Of a stretch of 64,000 nucleotides of DNA, positions 39,998 to 49,444 are shown in pieces. Position numbers and translations under genes: made by a program. This DNA is from an uncultured Verrucomicrobiae bacterium (GTDB lineage Bacteria; Verrucomicrobiota; Verrucomicrobiia; Chthoniobacterales; UBA10450): NCBI GenBank assembly GCA_963801815.1, contig CAWDGJ010000002.1, forward strand, positions 384,001 through 448,000, given 5' to 3'. The number at the start of each line of letters is the position of its first letter. Position 1 is the stretch's first letter. Below the pieces are notes generated by a model, which saw nothing but the letters and a program-made list of their open reading frames with translations, made no database searches and had not been told where the DNA came from.

Positions 39998-40519
39998 TTA
40001 ATCGTGCGAGTGTTCGCTCGATTTCGCGCCACTGACCACTAGCTTGCGGCCGAGAAATTCCTTGTCGTGCAACTCCTCCACTGCGCGTTTCGCTTCCTCG
40101 ATCGTCTGCATCGAGACGAAGGCGAAACCTTTCGAACGCTGGTTATGGCGATAGCTCACAACCTCGGCGTTCTGGACGTGGCCGACGCCGTTGAAGAGCT
40201 CGAATAGATCGCTCTCCGTCGCATCGAACGACAGATTGCCGACGTAAAGACGCGGCGAAGTGACTTCGATTGACTCAGGTTTACGCTGCGGCCGTGGCTC
40301 CTGCGGTTGTTGCTGATGTTGCTGCTGGCCGTTACGCGATTGCGTAACTGGTTTTCGCTGGCCGCCGCCGTTTCCTCCAAAAAATGCGGCGATTTTCTGC
40401 CAGAATGTTTTTTTCTTCGGAGCTGGCGCGCGACGATCTTGGAAATGCCCGCGGCCGCCCCTTCGTCGAGATCGGCCGCGCCCAGGGCGCTGACGTCTCC
40501 CCTGTTGATACGAGTTCAT
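39998..40519 (-). CDS. RRM RNA-binding protein with Arg/Gly/Gln-rich N-terminus
   Basis: RNP2 LYVGNL; RNP1 KGFAFVSM. Confidence 0.9.
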   Translation of the reverse strand: MNSYQQGRRQRPGRGRSRRRGGRGHFQDRRAPAPKKKTFWQKIAAFFGGNGGGQRKPVTQSRNGQQQHQQQPQEPRPQRKPESIEVTSPRLYVGNLSFDATESDLFELFNGVGHVQNAEVVSYRHNQRSKGFAFVSMQTIEEAKRAVEELHDKEFLGRKLVVSGAKSSEHSHD

Positions 40520-40788
40520 GATGATTCTCAATAATTGCCCAATTGTTAAATGGACGGAGCGCCCCGAACACATTCGGGACACGGTCCGCGGCGCGCGAAC
40601 CCTTCAAATAGCAAGCAGTCTGTGGCGCCGCTGGAAACTCCGCCTCGTCGTGCCGGAAATAGAATCGTCTTAGGATACAGCCCGTTTTACTCAGCCAATC
40701 AGATTGCGAAGATGACGAACCTCGCTTCATACTCTTAGCTTCTATGGAAACGGATGCCCAGAATTAGATTCCCGACATCTACGCGCCG

Positions 40789-40817
40789 ATTATCGCCCGC
40801 CCATCCCGTGTTTGCAA
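40789..40817 (-). promoter_or_regulatory. Putative sigma70 promoter of the RRM gene
   Basis: Minus strand TTGCAA (40817-40812)-N17-GATAAT (40794-40789). Confidence 0.55.
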
Positions 40818-40881
40818 GGGGTGGTTTTTCTAGAGCCTCGATCCTCGATGGTTCTAAAAACCAGCATCCAGTATCAAGTAT

Positions 40882-41925
40882 TTAGTATCGTTTGCCGATC
40901 GCATCGCGCATCGAATAGAGGCGGGATTTGAAATACTCGCGCGCATGTTCTTCGCGAATTGGTCTTAGAAAGTACCCGATCTTGCGCGAGACTGACCGCG
41001 GCTCATATCCGAATTCCGGCATCAGATCGCGGCAGTGCCATTCTACCCAGCCGATTTCGTCCTCGGATAATTCGGTTTCCCAACGTGACGCCGGTTCGTC
41101 GCTCACTTTTGAAAACGCGATTTGCGCCGCTGAATTTCCGCCCCACGGCTCGCCAACTTTCGTCGGCGTAAGCACAATGTCGGCATCAAACGTCACCTCG
41201 AGATAGTCGCAAATGTTTTTCATGACCATGGACGGTTCTCGAATCAGTTGCTCGAACCGGACGAACAAACCGGACACCTCGCCCGCGCGGACGCGTCGAG
41301 CCAGTCGCGCGGCTACCCGCCAATGCGCGATGACGTAGTAAACCGAAAACCGTTTTGTGTTACGCGCTTTTTCCATCGCGATCTGGGTTGCGAGAATTGC
41401 GCGGGGATCGCGCAGGGTCACGATGAGTTTTGAGTTTGGAAACCGGGAAAAGATTTCATCGACGTGATTCCGGTTCGCGGGCGTCTTTTCCACCCAGCGT
41501 TTGACCTGATCGGGCGAAACGCCCAACGTCTCTCCGTACGCTTCCGCCATCAGTGCGAGCAAATCGCGCCGCGAATTTGCCGGATCGAACGCGACTCTTT
41601 CGAAAGTTTCCAGAAACCGCTGTTGGGGAAAATTTTTGTACTCGTGCTCGCGCCACCTCGGCTCGCCGCTAAAAAGCACCCGTGAGAAAGATTGCTTCGT
41701 CAGATAATCAAACTGCGCGCGCCGTCCGGAATCGCGATACTTTCGCAAGACTGTCGGGAAATATGCCGTCTCCTGCGGCAAGACCAAAAGCTCGGGATGA
41801 TTGTCGAGTAGCGCGGCGACAAGCGTCGTTCCTGACTTCGCCTGCCCGGCGATGAAACAAGCGCGCTGATCAAACGGAGGGTTTTCCATCGGGATGATTG
41901 TGCTGCTTGACGCCAACTTCTTCAA
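40882..41925 (-). CDS. Sulfotransferase family protein
   Basis: FIAGQAKSGTTL..LLD.HP; WVEKTP; RDPRA; start may be at 41889. Confidence 0.88.
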   Translation of the reverse strand: MKKLASSSTIIPMENPPFDQRACFIAGQAKSGTTLVAALLDNHPELLVLPQETAYFPTVLRKYRDSGRRAQFDYLTKQSFSRVLFSGEPRWREHEYKNFPQQRFLETFERVAFDPANSRRDLLALMAEAYGETLGVSPDQVKRWVEKTPANRNHVDEIFSRFPNSKLIVTLRDPRAILATQIAMEKARNTKRFSVYYVIAHWRVAARLARRVRAGEVSGLFVRFEQLIREPSMVMKNICDYLEVTFDADIVLTPTKVGEPWGGNSAAQIAFSKVSDEPASRWETELSEDEIGWVEWHCRDLMPEFGYEPRSVSRKIGYFLRPIREEHAREYFKSRLYSMRDAIGKRY

Positions 41926-41936
41926 TCGCCGGCGTG

Positions 41937-42045
41937 GTCATCCCGAGCGCAAGCGAGGGACCTCACAGTCCAAGCCTTGATCACACAATGCAAATAGAGT
42001 GATCAACGAAGCTTATGAGAGATCCTTCACTCCGTTCAGGATGAC
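41937..42045. repeat. Palindromic element gtcatcccgagcg...aggatgac
   Basis: Terminal inverted repeat gtcatcc/ggatgac with imperfect inner arms; ends 4 nt from the epimerase stop. Confidence 0.7.
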
Positions 42046-42049
42046 TGCG

Positions 42050-43000
42050 TCATTTCGCGCGCGATTTCAAAAACCAATCAACAAACTTCGGAAGGCCGTC
42101 TCCGAATTTCGTCTTCGGGCTGTAGCCGAGAAGTTTTCTCGCCTTGGAAATGTCGGCGCAGGTCAACGGCATGTCCCCCGGTTGTTCCGGCAACCGATTG
42201 ATCTTGGCTTTCTTTCCCAGCGCGGTCTCAATTGCCGCGATCAAATCCTTCAACTGAATCGTCTCGCTCTCCCCCAGGTTAAAAACGTCGAACATCGGGC
42301 CGTCATATTTCAGGGCCGCCAATGTTCCCTGAATGATGTCGTCGATGTAAGTGTAATCACGTCGCGTCGTGCCATCGCCAAACTGATCGATCGGTTCGCC
42401 CGCGTGAATTTTTCGCGTGAACTGATGGATCGCGAGATCTGGGCGCTGGCGCGCACCGTAAACCGTGAAATACCGCAGCGCGACAATCCGCATGCTGTAG
42501 AGATGCGAATATGTCGAACAGAGAAATTCTCCGGCAATTTTCGTCGCCGCGTACGGACTCAGCGTCTGGGTGAGTTGTTCTTCCTCCGAAAATGGAACCC
42601 GCTTCGCTCCGCCGTAAACCGATGAGCTCGATGCGAAAATGAATCTCTCAACTCCATTCGTTCGCGCGCCTTCGAGCAAATGCAACGTGCCCCCGACATT
42701 GGTGTCGTAATAAAGTTGAGGCTGTTGAATCGACGGCCGAACTCCGGCGCGCGCGGCAAGATGAAAAATCGCGTCGAACTTTTTGTCTCGAAACACGTTC
42801 GCAACCTTTTTGCCGTCGCAAAGATCGATATCATGGACGACGACTTGGTTTGCGACCGCCGAAATGTTCGCCCGCTTGATCTTCGGATCGTAAAAGTCGT
42901 TAAAGTCGTCGAGGATGGCGACCTTGTGACCGTCCGCGATTAGTCTTTCGACCAGATGCGAGCCGATAAACCCAGCCCCGCCGGTGACCAAAATCCTCAT
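42050..43000 (-). CDS. NAD-dependent epimerase (UDP-glucuronate 4-epimerase-like)
   Basis: TGGAGFIGSH; HLAARAGVRPS; ASSSSVYG; YAATK; FTVYG..QRPDLA; QPGDM. Confidence 0.92.
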   Translation of the reverse strand: MRILVTGGAGFIGSHLVERLIADGHKVAILDDFNDFYDPKIKRANISAVANQVVVHDIDLCDGKKVANVFRDKKFDAIFHLAARAGVRPSIQQPQLYYDTNVGGTLHLLEGARTNGVERFIFASSSSVYGGAKRVPFSEEEQLTQTLSPYAATKIAGEFLCSTYSHLYSMRIVALRYFTVYGARQRPDLAIHQFTRKIHAGEPIDQFGDGTTRRDYTYIDDIIQGTLAALKYDGPMFDVFNLGESETIQLKDLIAAIETALGKKAKINRLPEQPGDMPLTCADISKARKLLGYSPKTKFGDGLPKFVDWFLKSRAK

Positions 43001-43013
43001 TAACCGTTAGATT

Positions 43014-43095
43014 AGCCACAGATGAACACAGATCGACACAGATTTCAGAATTGCTTCAGCTCCGATCTGTATTTCATCGGTGTTAATCTGTGGCT
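43014..43095. repeat. Palindromic element with cacagat/atctgtg 10-bp units
   Basis: agccacagatgaacacagatcgacacagat ... atctgtatttcatcggtgttaatctgtggct. Confidence 0.75.
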
Positions 43096-43098
43096 GGA

Positions 43099-43890
43099 AT
43101 GACTCTCGATAATTGCACAGCGCTGATCACCGGAGCGTCCGCAGGCATTGGTCGCGAGTTTGCGCGGCAGCTCGCATCGCGCGCGCGAACGCTCGTCCTG
43201 GTCGCGCGGCGTGAGCAGCGATTGAACGATCTGCGCGATGAACTGCGCAACCGTAACGCGCAGTTGAATGTTCACACGCAAGTGGTCGATCTCTGCGACA
43301 GATCTCAAATCGACGAATTGGTTCGTCGGCTCGCGCAAGACAAGATCGACATCGATTTTTTGGTCAACAACGCCGGGCTCGGCGACTATGGGTCGGTAGC
43401 GACCAGCGACATCGAACGCGACGATCGGATTATTCAAGTCAACATCGCCGCCCTCACTTCCCTGACCCGTCAGTTGCTTCCGCGGATGATCGCAAGAAAA
43501 CGCGGTGCAATTTTGAACGTCAGTTCGTCGGCGGGTTTCCTGCCAATTCCGGGCATGGCGGTTTACGCGGCAAGTAAAGCATTCGTAAACAGTTTCACCG
43601 AAGCGATTCGGACAGAGCTGCGTGGCAGCGGCGTTTCTGTGACTGCACTTTGTCCGGGCCCGGTCCACACCGAATTTGGTGAAGTTGCCAAACGTCCGGG
43701 ACGCGAACCCGAAACCGGCCCTGAATTCGTCTACGTTTCAGTCGAGCAGACGGTACGAGACGCACTCACGGCCGTCGAAGCAGACAAGCCACTGATCATT
43801 CCTGGATTATTCATGAAATTCGGCATGTTCCTCGTCCGAATCACCCCGATGCCGATCCTGCGACGTGTCCGTCGTGCGAAAGCGATCTGA
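43099..43890 (+). CDS. Short-chain dehydrogenase/reductase
   Basis: TGASAGIG; NNAG; NVSS; YAASK. Confidence 0.92.
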   Translation: MTLDNCTALITGASAGIGREFARQLASRARTLVLVARREQRLNDLRDELRNRNAQLNVHTQVVDLCDRSQIDELVRRLAQDKIDIDFLVNNAGLGDYGSVATSDIERDDRIIQVNIAALTSLTRQLLPRMIARKRGAILNVSSSAGFLPIPGMAVYAASKAFVNSFTEAIRTELRGSGVSVTALCPGPVHTEFGEVAKRPGREPETGPEFVYVSVEQTVRDALTAVEADKPLIIPGLFMKFGMFLVRITPMPILRRVRRAKAI

Positions 43891-45841
43891 TTGCGACACC
43901 TTCGATTGGGTCGCAGGCCTCGATCAGGAGAAAGACTGCGCAAGCTGACCAGGTTTGGGGAGAACAAGAGACCGGATAAAGCGTCGGGCCCGTGCCGGCT
44001 TGGCGGGTGAAGCCACCGAAAAGTTCGGGCATGCGATTTAATTCGAAACAGGTGCTGGCATCGAAGAGCGCCTGAAAGATCGCTTCGGCTTCTTTCTTCA
44101 GCCCGTAGCGGGCGAAACCAGCCGCGATTATCGCGTTGTCATGCGGCCAGATCGAGCCGTTGTGATACGACATCGGATCGTATCGCGATTCGGTTGCAGC
44201 AATTGTGCGGATACCCCAACCCGAAAATGATTCTTCGCTCATCAAGGTCGCTGCGACTCGCGGGGCTCGATCTGCGCTCGCAATTCCGGCGAACAGACAA
44301 TGGCCGGCATTTGAACTGCGCACACCGCAAACTTTTTTTCTGCCATCAAGCGCAATCGCATAAGTCGAAAGCTCTTCGCACCAGAAAATTTCTTCGAATT
44401 GGCGGCGCAAGGTTTGAGCCTGATGAGCCAATCGGTCCGCGAGCACGTTTTTTTCAAAACTCCGCGCGAGATCTGCCGCCGCCCGTTTTGCCGCGAAAAC
44501 GTAGGCTTGCACTTCGCAAAGCGCGATTGGCCCATCCGGCAAAGTGCCGTCGGCGTGAAAAATCGCGTTGTCCGAATCTTTCCAGCCCTGGTTGCGCAGT
44601 CCGCCGCGCGCAGAGCGCGCATACTCGATGAAGCCGTCACCATCGAGATCGCCGAAGTTGTCGATCCAACTCAGTGCCTGCTCGATGTTCGGCCAAATCG
44701 ATCGGATAAGATCGACATCCGCCGTGCAGTCGTAATATGCGCCGGCGAGCATTACGAATAACGGCGTCGCGTCGATCGAGCCGTAGTAACGATCGAACGG
44801 GATTTCGCCGCACGCCGCCATCTCGCCGGTGCGCGTCTCGTGCAAAATTTTCCCAGGTTGCGCGTCTCGCTCTGGATTTTCTTCGGTCGCTTGGGTAGCG
44901 GCGAGATACGTTAGAACGCCGCGCGCAATGCCCGGGTAGAATGACAAACATTCGAACGCCGTGATGATCCCATCGCGGCCAAATGCCGTGCTGTACCAAG
45001 GAAGGCCCGCATAGGGATAAACTCCATGCGGCGTTTCCGTGAGCATCATCCGCAGATCGGCAAGCGAGCGACGCAGCCATGGATCGAGTTGCTCGTTCGC
45101 AGTGACGATTTGCTGATCAACTTCGGTCGCGGACCAGGACGCCGAGCGAAGTCGTCTCAATGCTTCGTCAAAATCGGCGACCGATGTCGATCTTCGATCA
45201 CCCAATTCGCAGTGCACTGAAACATTGACAACGGTTTTCAGGCGGGGTCTGAGCCGGAAGCGTATCCGCGACCCAGCTGACTCCTCTGGCGGCGGATCGA
45301 ACCGAATTGTCGTCCGGCGGCGCTGTCGATCCAATCCTTCATAAAAAAACTGGATCATGTTTGCGCGAAAGCGCGGTGGATCTACGCGGCCATGTCGCGC
45401 GCGTTTGAAACCGCGGACTTCGAACAAGTCCACAAAGTCGGCGTCGAATTCGATCGATAATTCGATTGTCGACTCGCCGCCGTTCTCAATTTCCAAGCGC
45501 TCGTAAAGCGTCGCGTCCAACAAAAATTTTGTGCGACGAATTCGGACGCCGCGAGAGGCAAGATCAACAGTGATGACTACGCTGTCGTCGCTGACTGCCG
45601 AACTTACGAGTGCCGGCCGTTCGTTATCGACCCTCAGCGCGAGTCGCGAAAGAAATCGGGTGTCCCGGTGACAGACGCCGCACTCGGGCAGGGCGTCGAT
45701 GCCGCCGAACAGATCAAGCACGGCGAACGTGTCGCCGTGTTTGATCGCGTGTGTCTGATTTTCTGTCGCGTTATTGCTGCGCGTATTTGACTGAGCAGCC
45801 GTACGGTTTGGTCTGCGCGTTGGTGACCGGTTTGCCGGCAA
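43841..45841 (-). CDS. Amylo-alpha-1,6-glucosidase / glycogen debranching-like protein
   Basis: KHGDTFAV.D..G; DTRFLS; AGLPWYSTAFGRD; PGKILHE; NQGWKDS; SYHNGSIWPHD; PELF; CSPQ.WS. Start codon uncertain. Confidence 0.85.
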   Translation of the reverse strand: MPANRSPTRRPNRTAAQSNTRSNNATENQTHAIKHGDTFAVLDLFGGIDALPECGVCHRDTRFLSRLALRVDNERPALVSSAVSDDSVVITVDLASRGVRIRRTKFLLDATLYERLEIENGGESTIELSIEFDADFVDLFEVRGFKRARHGRVDPPRFRANMIQFFYEGLDRQRRRTTIRFDPPPEESAGSRIRFRLRPRLKTVVNVSVHCELGDRRSTSVADFDEALRRLRSASWSATEVDQQIVTANEQLDPWLRRSLADLRMMLTETPHGVYPYAGLPWYSTAFGRDGIITAFECLSFYPGIARGVLTYLAATQATEENPERDAQPGKILHETRTGEMAACGEIPFDRYYGSIDATPLFVMLAGAYYDCTADVDLIRSIWPNIEQALSWIDNFGDLDGDGFIEYARSARGGLRNQGWKDSDNAIFHADGTLPDGPIALCEVQAYVFAAKRAAADLARSFEKNVLADRLAHQAQTLRRQFEEIFWCEELSTYAIALDGRKKVCGVRSSNAGHCLFAGIASADRAPRVAATLMSEESFSGWGIRTIAATESRYDPMSYHNGSIWPHDNAIIAAGFARYGLKKEAEAIFQALFDASTCFELNRMPELFGGFTRQAGTGPTLYPVSCSPQTWSACAVFLLIEACDPIEGVAIRSLSHDGHVAGSASG

Positions 45842-46382
45842 GAGCTTCGTCGAGCGCAGACTTCACGTAATTGGTTGAGCTTGGAATGTCGGCGGGATTC
45901 GGTGTGGCCTTGCTGTCGATTGCACCTTCGTAAACGATTTTCCCATCCGGATTAATTACGACCATGTTCGGCGTGTTCTTGGAACCGTAAAGTTTCGCGA
46001 CTTTGCTATCGGGATCGAGCACCAGCGCGGTCTGTTTTGTTTTCCACGAATCCATAATTTTCTTCGCCTGCTCGGCGGTAACGTTGCCTTCGGTACCGGG
46101 CGCGTTGGAATCGATGGTCAGCCAGACCACGCCTTTGCCGGTGTACTCAGCCTGCAACTTCTGCATGTTGTCGCTGCCGTAATGCTTCTTAACGAATGGG
46201 CACTCCGGATTGAACCATTCGAGGACGACGTATTTGCCCTTGTATTGCGAGAGCGTTTCCGTTTTGCCGTTGGCGTCGGGCGCGGAAAAATCCGGCGCGG
46301 CGCTACCAACCGGCGGAACTTCGGCGTAAAGCGCGCCGGCGGCGAGTGCAGTGACTGCGATCAGTATTAGTTTTGTTTTCAT
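45771..46382 (-). CDS. Periplasmic redoxin (thioredoxin-fold) protein
   Basis: Signal peptide; APDF; VVLEWFNPECPFVKKHY; Y.GAID; PYGCSVKY. Confidence 0.9.
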   Translation of the reverse strand: MKTKLILIAVTALAAGALYAEVPPVGSAAPDFSAPDANGKTETLSQYKGKYVVLEWFNPECPFVKKHYGSDNMQKLQAEYTGKGVVWLTIDSNAPGTEGNVTAEQAKKIMDSWKTKQTALVLDPDSKVAKLYGSKNTPNMVVINPDGKIVYEGAIDSKATPNPADIPSSTNYVKSALDEALAGKPVTNAQTKPYGCSVKYAQQ

Positions 46383-46385
46383 AAA

Positions 46386-48512
46386 TTATCGAGAAGCGAC
46401 AGCGATAGTTTCGAGTTTATCCAGAAGAATATTCTTAGTGAGCAATTCCGGAAAGACAATCGGTTCCTGCGATTTCCCCGGGTAAAGCACGTATAATGGG
46501 ACACCCGGCCGGCCGAATTGTTGAAGTAATTTCGTGATGATCGGGTCGCCATTCGTCCAGTCGGCCTTCAGCTTCACAACGGCATGCCGCTGAAACGCCT
46601 CGCGCACCTCGGAGTTTTCCAGGACGGCCTTCTCGTTAAACTTACAGGTCAAACACCAGGCGGCTGTGAAATCTACAAATACGGCGTGGCCCGCGTCGCG
46701 TTCACTTTGCAATCGCTCAGGCGTGAACGGCTGCCAGTCGGTGTGTTGAACTTGAACGAGGTCAGGTGTCGCCGCGCGAAACTTGTCGGCAATGAAATAA
46801 AAGCCGCTACCGAGCAAGAGCACGAGCATGAGCACGAGCGCAGTGCCGCGTTTTGTTGGCGACGCAGTCGGAACGATGAACGCGCCTTTCATCCAACAGG
46901 CGATCGCGATGACCAGCAGAAAGCAGCTCGCCCAGATTGCGCCTTCGAGGCCGCGTTGCGCACCGAGCACGTAAATTAGAAAGAGCAGCGTCGCGAGCAG
47001 GAGAAATCCCATGAACTGTTTCACGTGGACCATCCAGGGACCAGGTTGCGGAAGAAACTTCATCCATGCGGGTTGGGCGCTGAGCAAAAAATACGGCGCG
47101 CTCATCCCGGCAGCCACGGCGACGAACATCAATAAAATGATTGAAGACGACTGGGTAAACGCGAACCCGATCGCCGGTCCGAGAAACGGCGCGGTACACG
47201 GTGTGGCAAGCGCAGTCGCAAACAATCCCTGAAAAAACGAGCCGGCTTCCCCTTCCTGGGTAGACGACTGAAGCATTCGATGCATTAGCGTTTGCGGCAG
47301 CGTGATTTCAAAAACGCCAAACAAGTCGAGCGCGAATGCGAGCACGATGACGCTAAGCCCCAAAACAAAATACGGGTTCGTGAATTGCGCGGCCCAGGTA
47401 ATTTGATGACCGGCTGCCTTCAGCGCGATCAACAACAGCGCGAGCCCGACGAACCAGACAAAAATTCCAGCGATGAACGCGATGCCGTTACGAAAAACTC
47501 CACGGCGATCCTTGTCGGCATGTTTGATGAAACCGAAAATTTTGAGTGAGATCACGGGCAGCACGCACGGCATGAGATTCAAAATGAATCCCCCGATGAG
47601 TCCGAACAGCAGAAAACCGAGAAGCCCGTGAGACGGTTGCAGCGGCGCCCGGACAGCGGCAGCCGTCTGGAATGTGCCGAGCTCCCAGGCGCTGCGATCC
47701 TCGCCATTGGGCAATTTCGAAAATACAACCAAGCCCCGCATCGACGAGAAATCTTCATCCGACGACTCGACGGGAACTTTGAAAGTGATTTCGCTTCCGT
47801 TACGCGATTCAACAGCCGGATGACCAACCACGGTGTTGCCCTGGGGCAGGGGGAAGAAATCGAATGTTTGGTAATTGGCGATCCTCTCACTGGTTAGTTT
47901 GAGATGAAGGTCTTTGCCGATCCTGCTCCAATTTGTTGTCGCGGTGTTGGAATCCGGAAACTTCTTGGGGAGCAGACGCTGATAGCGCGCAAAAAGATCC
48001 GTGTTCTTCGGCTCAGCCGATGTTGATGTTGGCAACTCCAGCGAAAGGTTCGCACTGCCGGGAATGCAGATCTTTTCGCAAACGAGCCAGTCAGTCTGAG
48101 CGGAGAGTTTTGTCGAAGAATCATCGATTCTTGCCGGCGGTGTGATTTCCTGAATGAGGAAGACCTCGTCCTGATAGCCGTAAGTGAGGATGTCGCCCGG
48201 ATCGATGGTCTTCAGGGGAATCGGCCATTGGATCTCGCCAACTTTCCAGCCCGGCGGGAGATTCCATTTGATCTCAGTCGGAAGACCAGCGTCGCCGGAG
48301 TATTTCCAGTAGGTATGCCAGCCGGGCGCCATCCGCAGAAGCAAACCGACGGTGAAGGGTTTGCCCGGAACAACCGCGGACGTATCGGCGAGTAGCGTTG
48401 CTTTAACCAACTCCTTGCCCTGGTAATTCTGCGCGGCTGCGGAAACGGCTGCCAAGATCCCGCAGGCTGCGATCGATAACTGACGCAACGAAAGCATCCT
48501 CGAAATTACCAT
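46386..48512 (-). CDS. dsbD: Protein-disulfide reductase DsbD family
   Basis: GWHTYWK..GD.G; WLVCEKICIP; LNLMPCVLP; TPCTAPFLG; DFTAAWCLTCK. Start at 48512 or 48497. Confidence 0.92.
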   Translation of the reverse strand: MVISRMLSLRQLSIAACGILAAVSAAAQNYQGKELVKATLLADTSAVVPGKPFTVGLLLRMAPGWHTYWKYSGDAGLPTEIKWNLPPGWKVGEIQWPIPLKTIDPGDILTYGYQDEVFLIQEITPPARIDDSSTKLSAQTDWLVCEKICIPGSANLSLELPTSTSAEPKNTDLFARYQRLLPKKFPDSNTATTNWSRIGKDLHLKLTSERIANYQTFDFFPLPQGNTVVGHPAVESRNGSEITFKVPVESSDEDFSSMRGLVVFSKLPNGEDRSAWELGTFQTAAAVRAPLQPSHGLLGFLLFGLIGGFILNLMPCVLPVISLKIFGFIKHADKDRRGVFRNGIAFIAGIFVWFVGLALLLIALKAAGHQITWAAQFTNPYFVLGLSVIVLAFALDLFGVFEITLPQTLMHRMLQSSTQEGEAGSFFQGLFATALATPCTAPFLGPAIGFAFTQSSSIILLMFVAVAAGMSAPYFLLSAQPAWMKFLPQPGPWMVHVKQFMGFLLLATLLFLIYVLGAQRGLEGAIWASCFLLVIAIACWMKGAFIVPTASPTKRGTALVLMLVLLLGSGFYFIADKFRAATPDLVQVQHTDWQPFTPERLQSERDAGHAVFVDFTAAWCLTCKFNEKAVLENSEVREAFQRHAVVKLKADWTNGDPIITKLLQQFGRPGVPLYVLYPGKSQEPIVFPELLTKNILLDKLETIAVASR

Positions 48513-48566
48513 CGGCCTAACCGCGTCGCAAAAAGAGATGGCTCGCATCGTGCTGCGAAATATGAC

Positions 48567-48809
48567 ATGCGCGGCCTGTTGACGTTCATAGTAATAGCTG
48601 GAATTGGCGGCGGTTTGTTCCTTGTGCAGAAACGAAGCGAGCAACAAGCGCAGGCGAAACAAGCTTCAGCTCAAGTAGCACCGACACCGCGTCAGGTTTA
48701 CGAGCACGATTGGGCCAAGCATTCACTCGACACCACGCATTCGGTCATCGACCAGATCCAACGCCAGCGTAAGGACGACGATTTAAAGGACGCTGTTGGC
48801 AGGCGGTAA
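48567..48809 (+). CDS. Small membrane-anchored hypothetical protein
   Basis: N-terminal TM helix, then Q/A-rich linker and HDWAKHSLD. Confidence 0.55.
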   Translation: MRGLLTFIVIAGIGGGLFLVQKRSEQQAQAKQASAQVAPTPRQVYEHDWAKHSLDTTHSVIDQIQRQRKDDDLKDAVGRR

Positions 48810-48834
48810 AATCGCGGCTGCGGAAAGTCCAGAA

Positions 48835-49422
48835 TCACCTGGCCGGACCAACGGCCAAATCGCCGAGTTGCTTGTGGACGGCCGCTTTTAAATCGTTTGC
48901 CGAAATCGCTTCCCTAACGTCAGCGGCTGTAGCTGCCTGCTCATTGTGTCCGAGCTGAGCCAGGTCGCGCACGAGCTGACCTTCAGCGTTCACAACAACA
49001 TCTCGGCCGGTTTGTTCGTCACGCTGAACATGAAACCGACCGTGGCTGATGCCGACGAGTGGAACGAATTGATCGTTGTTGTGTTCGACAAAGAGAATGT
49101 CGCGGTCGCCCACTTCGAACTTCGGCGTGTCGGTGACTTCCATCGTTTCGTCGCCGACAGTACCGCCGAGCATCCGGATCGTGTAAGACGCGCCGGCCTG
49201 CCCTTTCACATTGTCTTCAATCTGGAAAGTAACATAGCTCTCGATGTGGCGATCACCGCCCTCGCCCTCCCAAACCGACCGAGAAGCCGTCACTGTTCCC
49301 TGAAAAATGAGTTCGGCCTGTTGAACAAGTTGTTCAAATGTCGGCGGGATGACGGTCGTGGCGGAAACACGCACGAAGGTGAAACCGACCGCGATGAGCG
49401 GGAGAAGATATTTGATTTTCAT
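48835..49422 (-). CDS. Secreted hypothetical protein (putative OB/TIMP-like fold), matrixin partner
   Basis: Signal peptide; TT..PPTF.QL...A.LIF.GTV; VKG; LGG.VG; P.F.VG...ILF. Confidence 0.7.
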   Translation of the reverse strand: MKIKYLLPLIAVGFTFVRVSATTVIPPTFEQLVQQAELIFQGTVTASRSVWEGEGGDRHIESYVTFQIEDNVKGQAGASYTIRMLGGTVGDETMEVTDTPKFEVGDRDILFVEHNNDQFVPLVGISHGRFHVQRDEQTGRDVVVNAEGQLVRDLAQLGHNEQAATAADVREAISANDLKAAVHKQLGDLAVGPAR

Positions 49423-49444
49423 GTGAAAAAGAAGGTTCGTGATT

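Noticed and set aside
40332..40730. 132-aa ORF upstream of the RRM gene
   Set aside because: It overlaps the RRM gene out of frame and has no protein-like features; better explained as untranslated leader.
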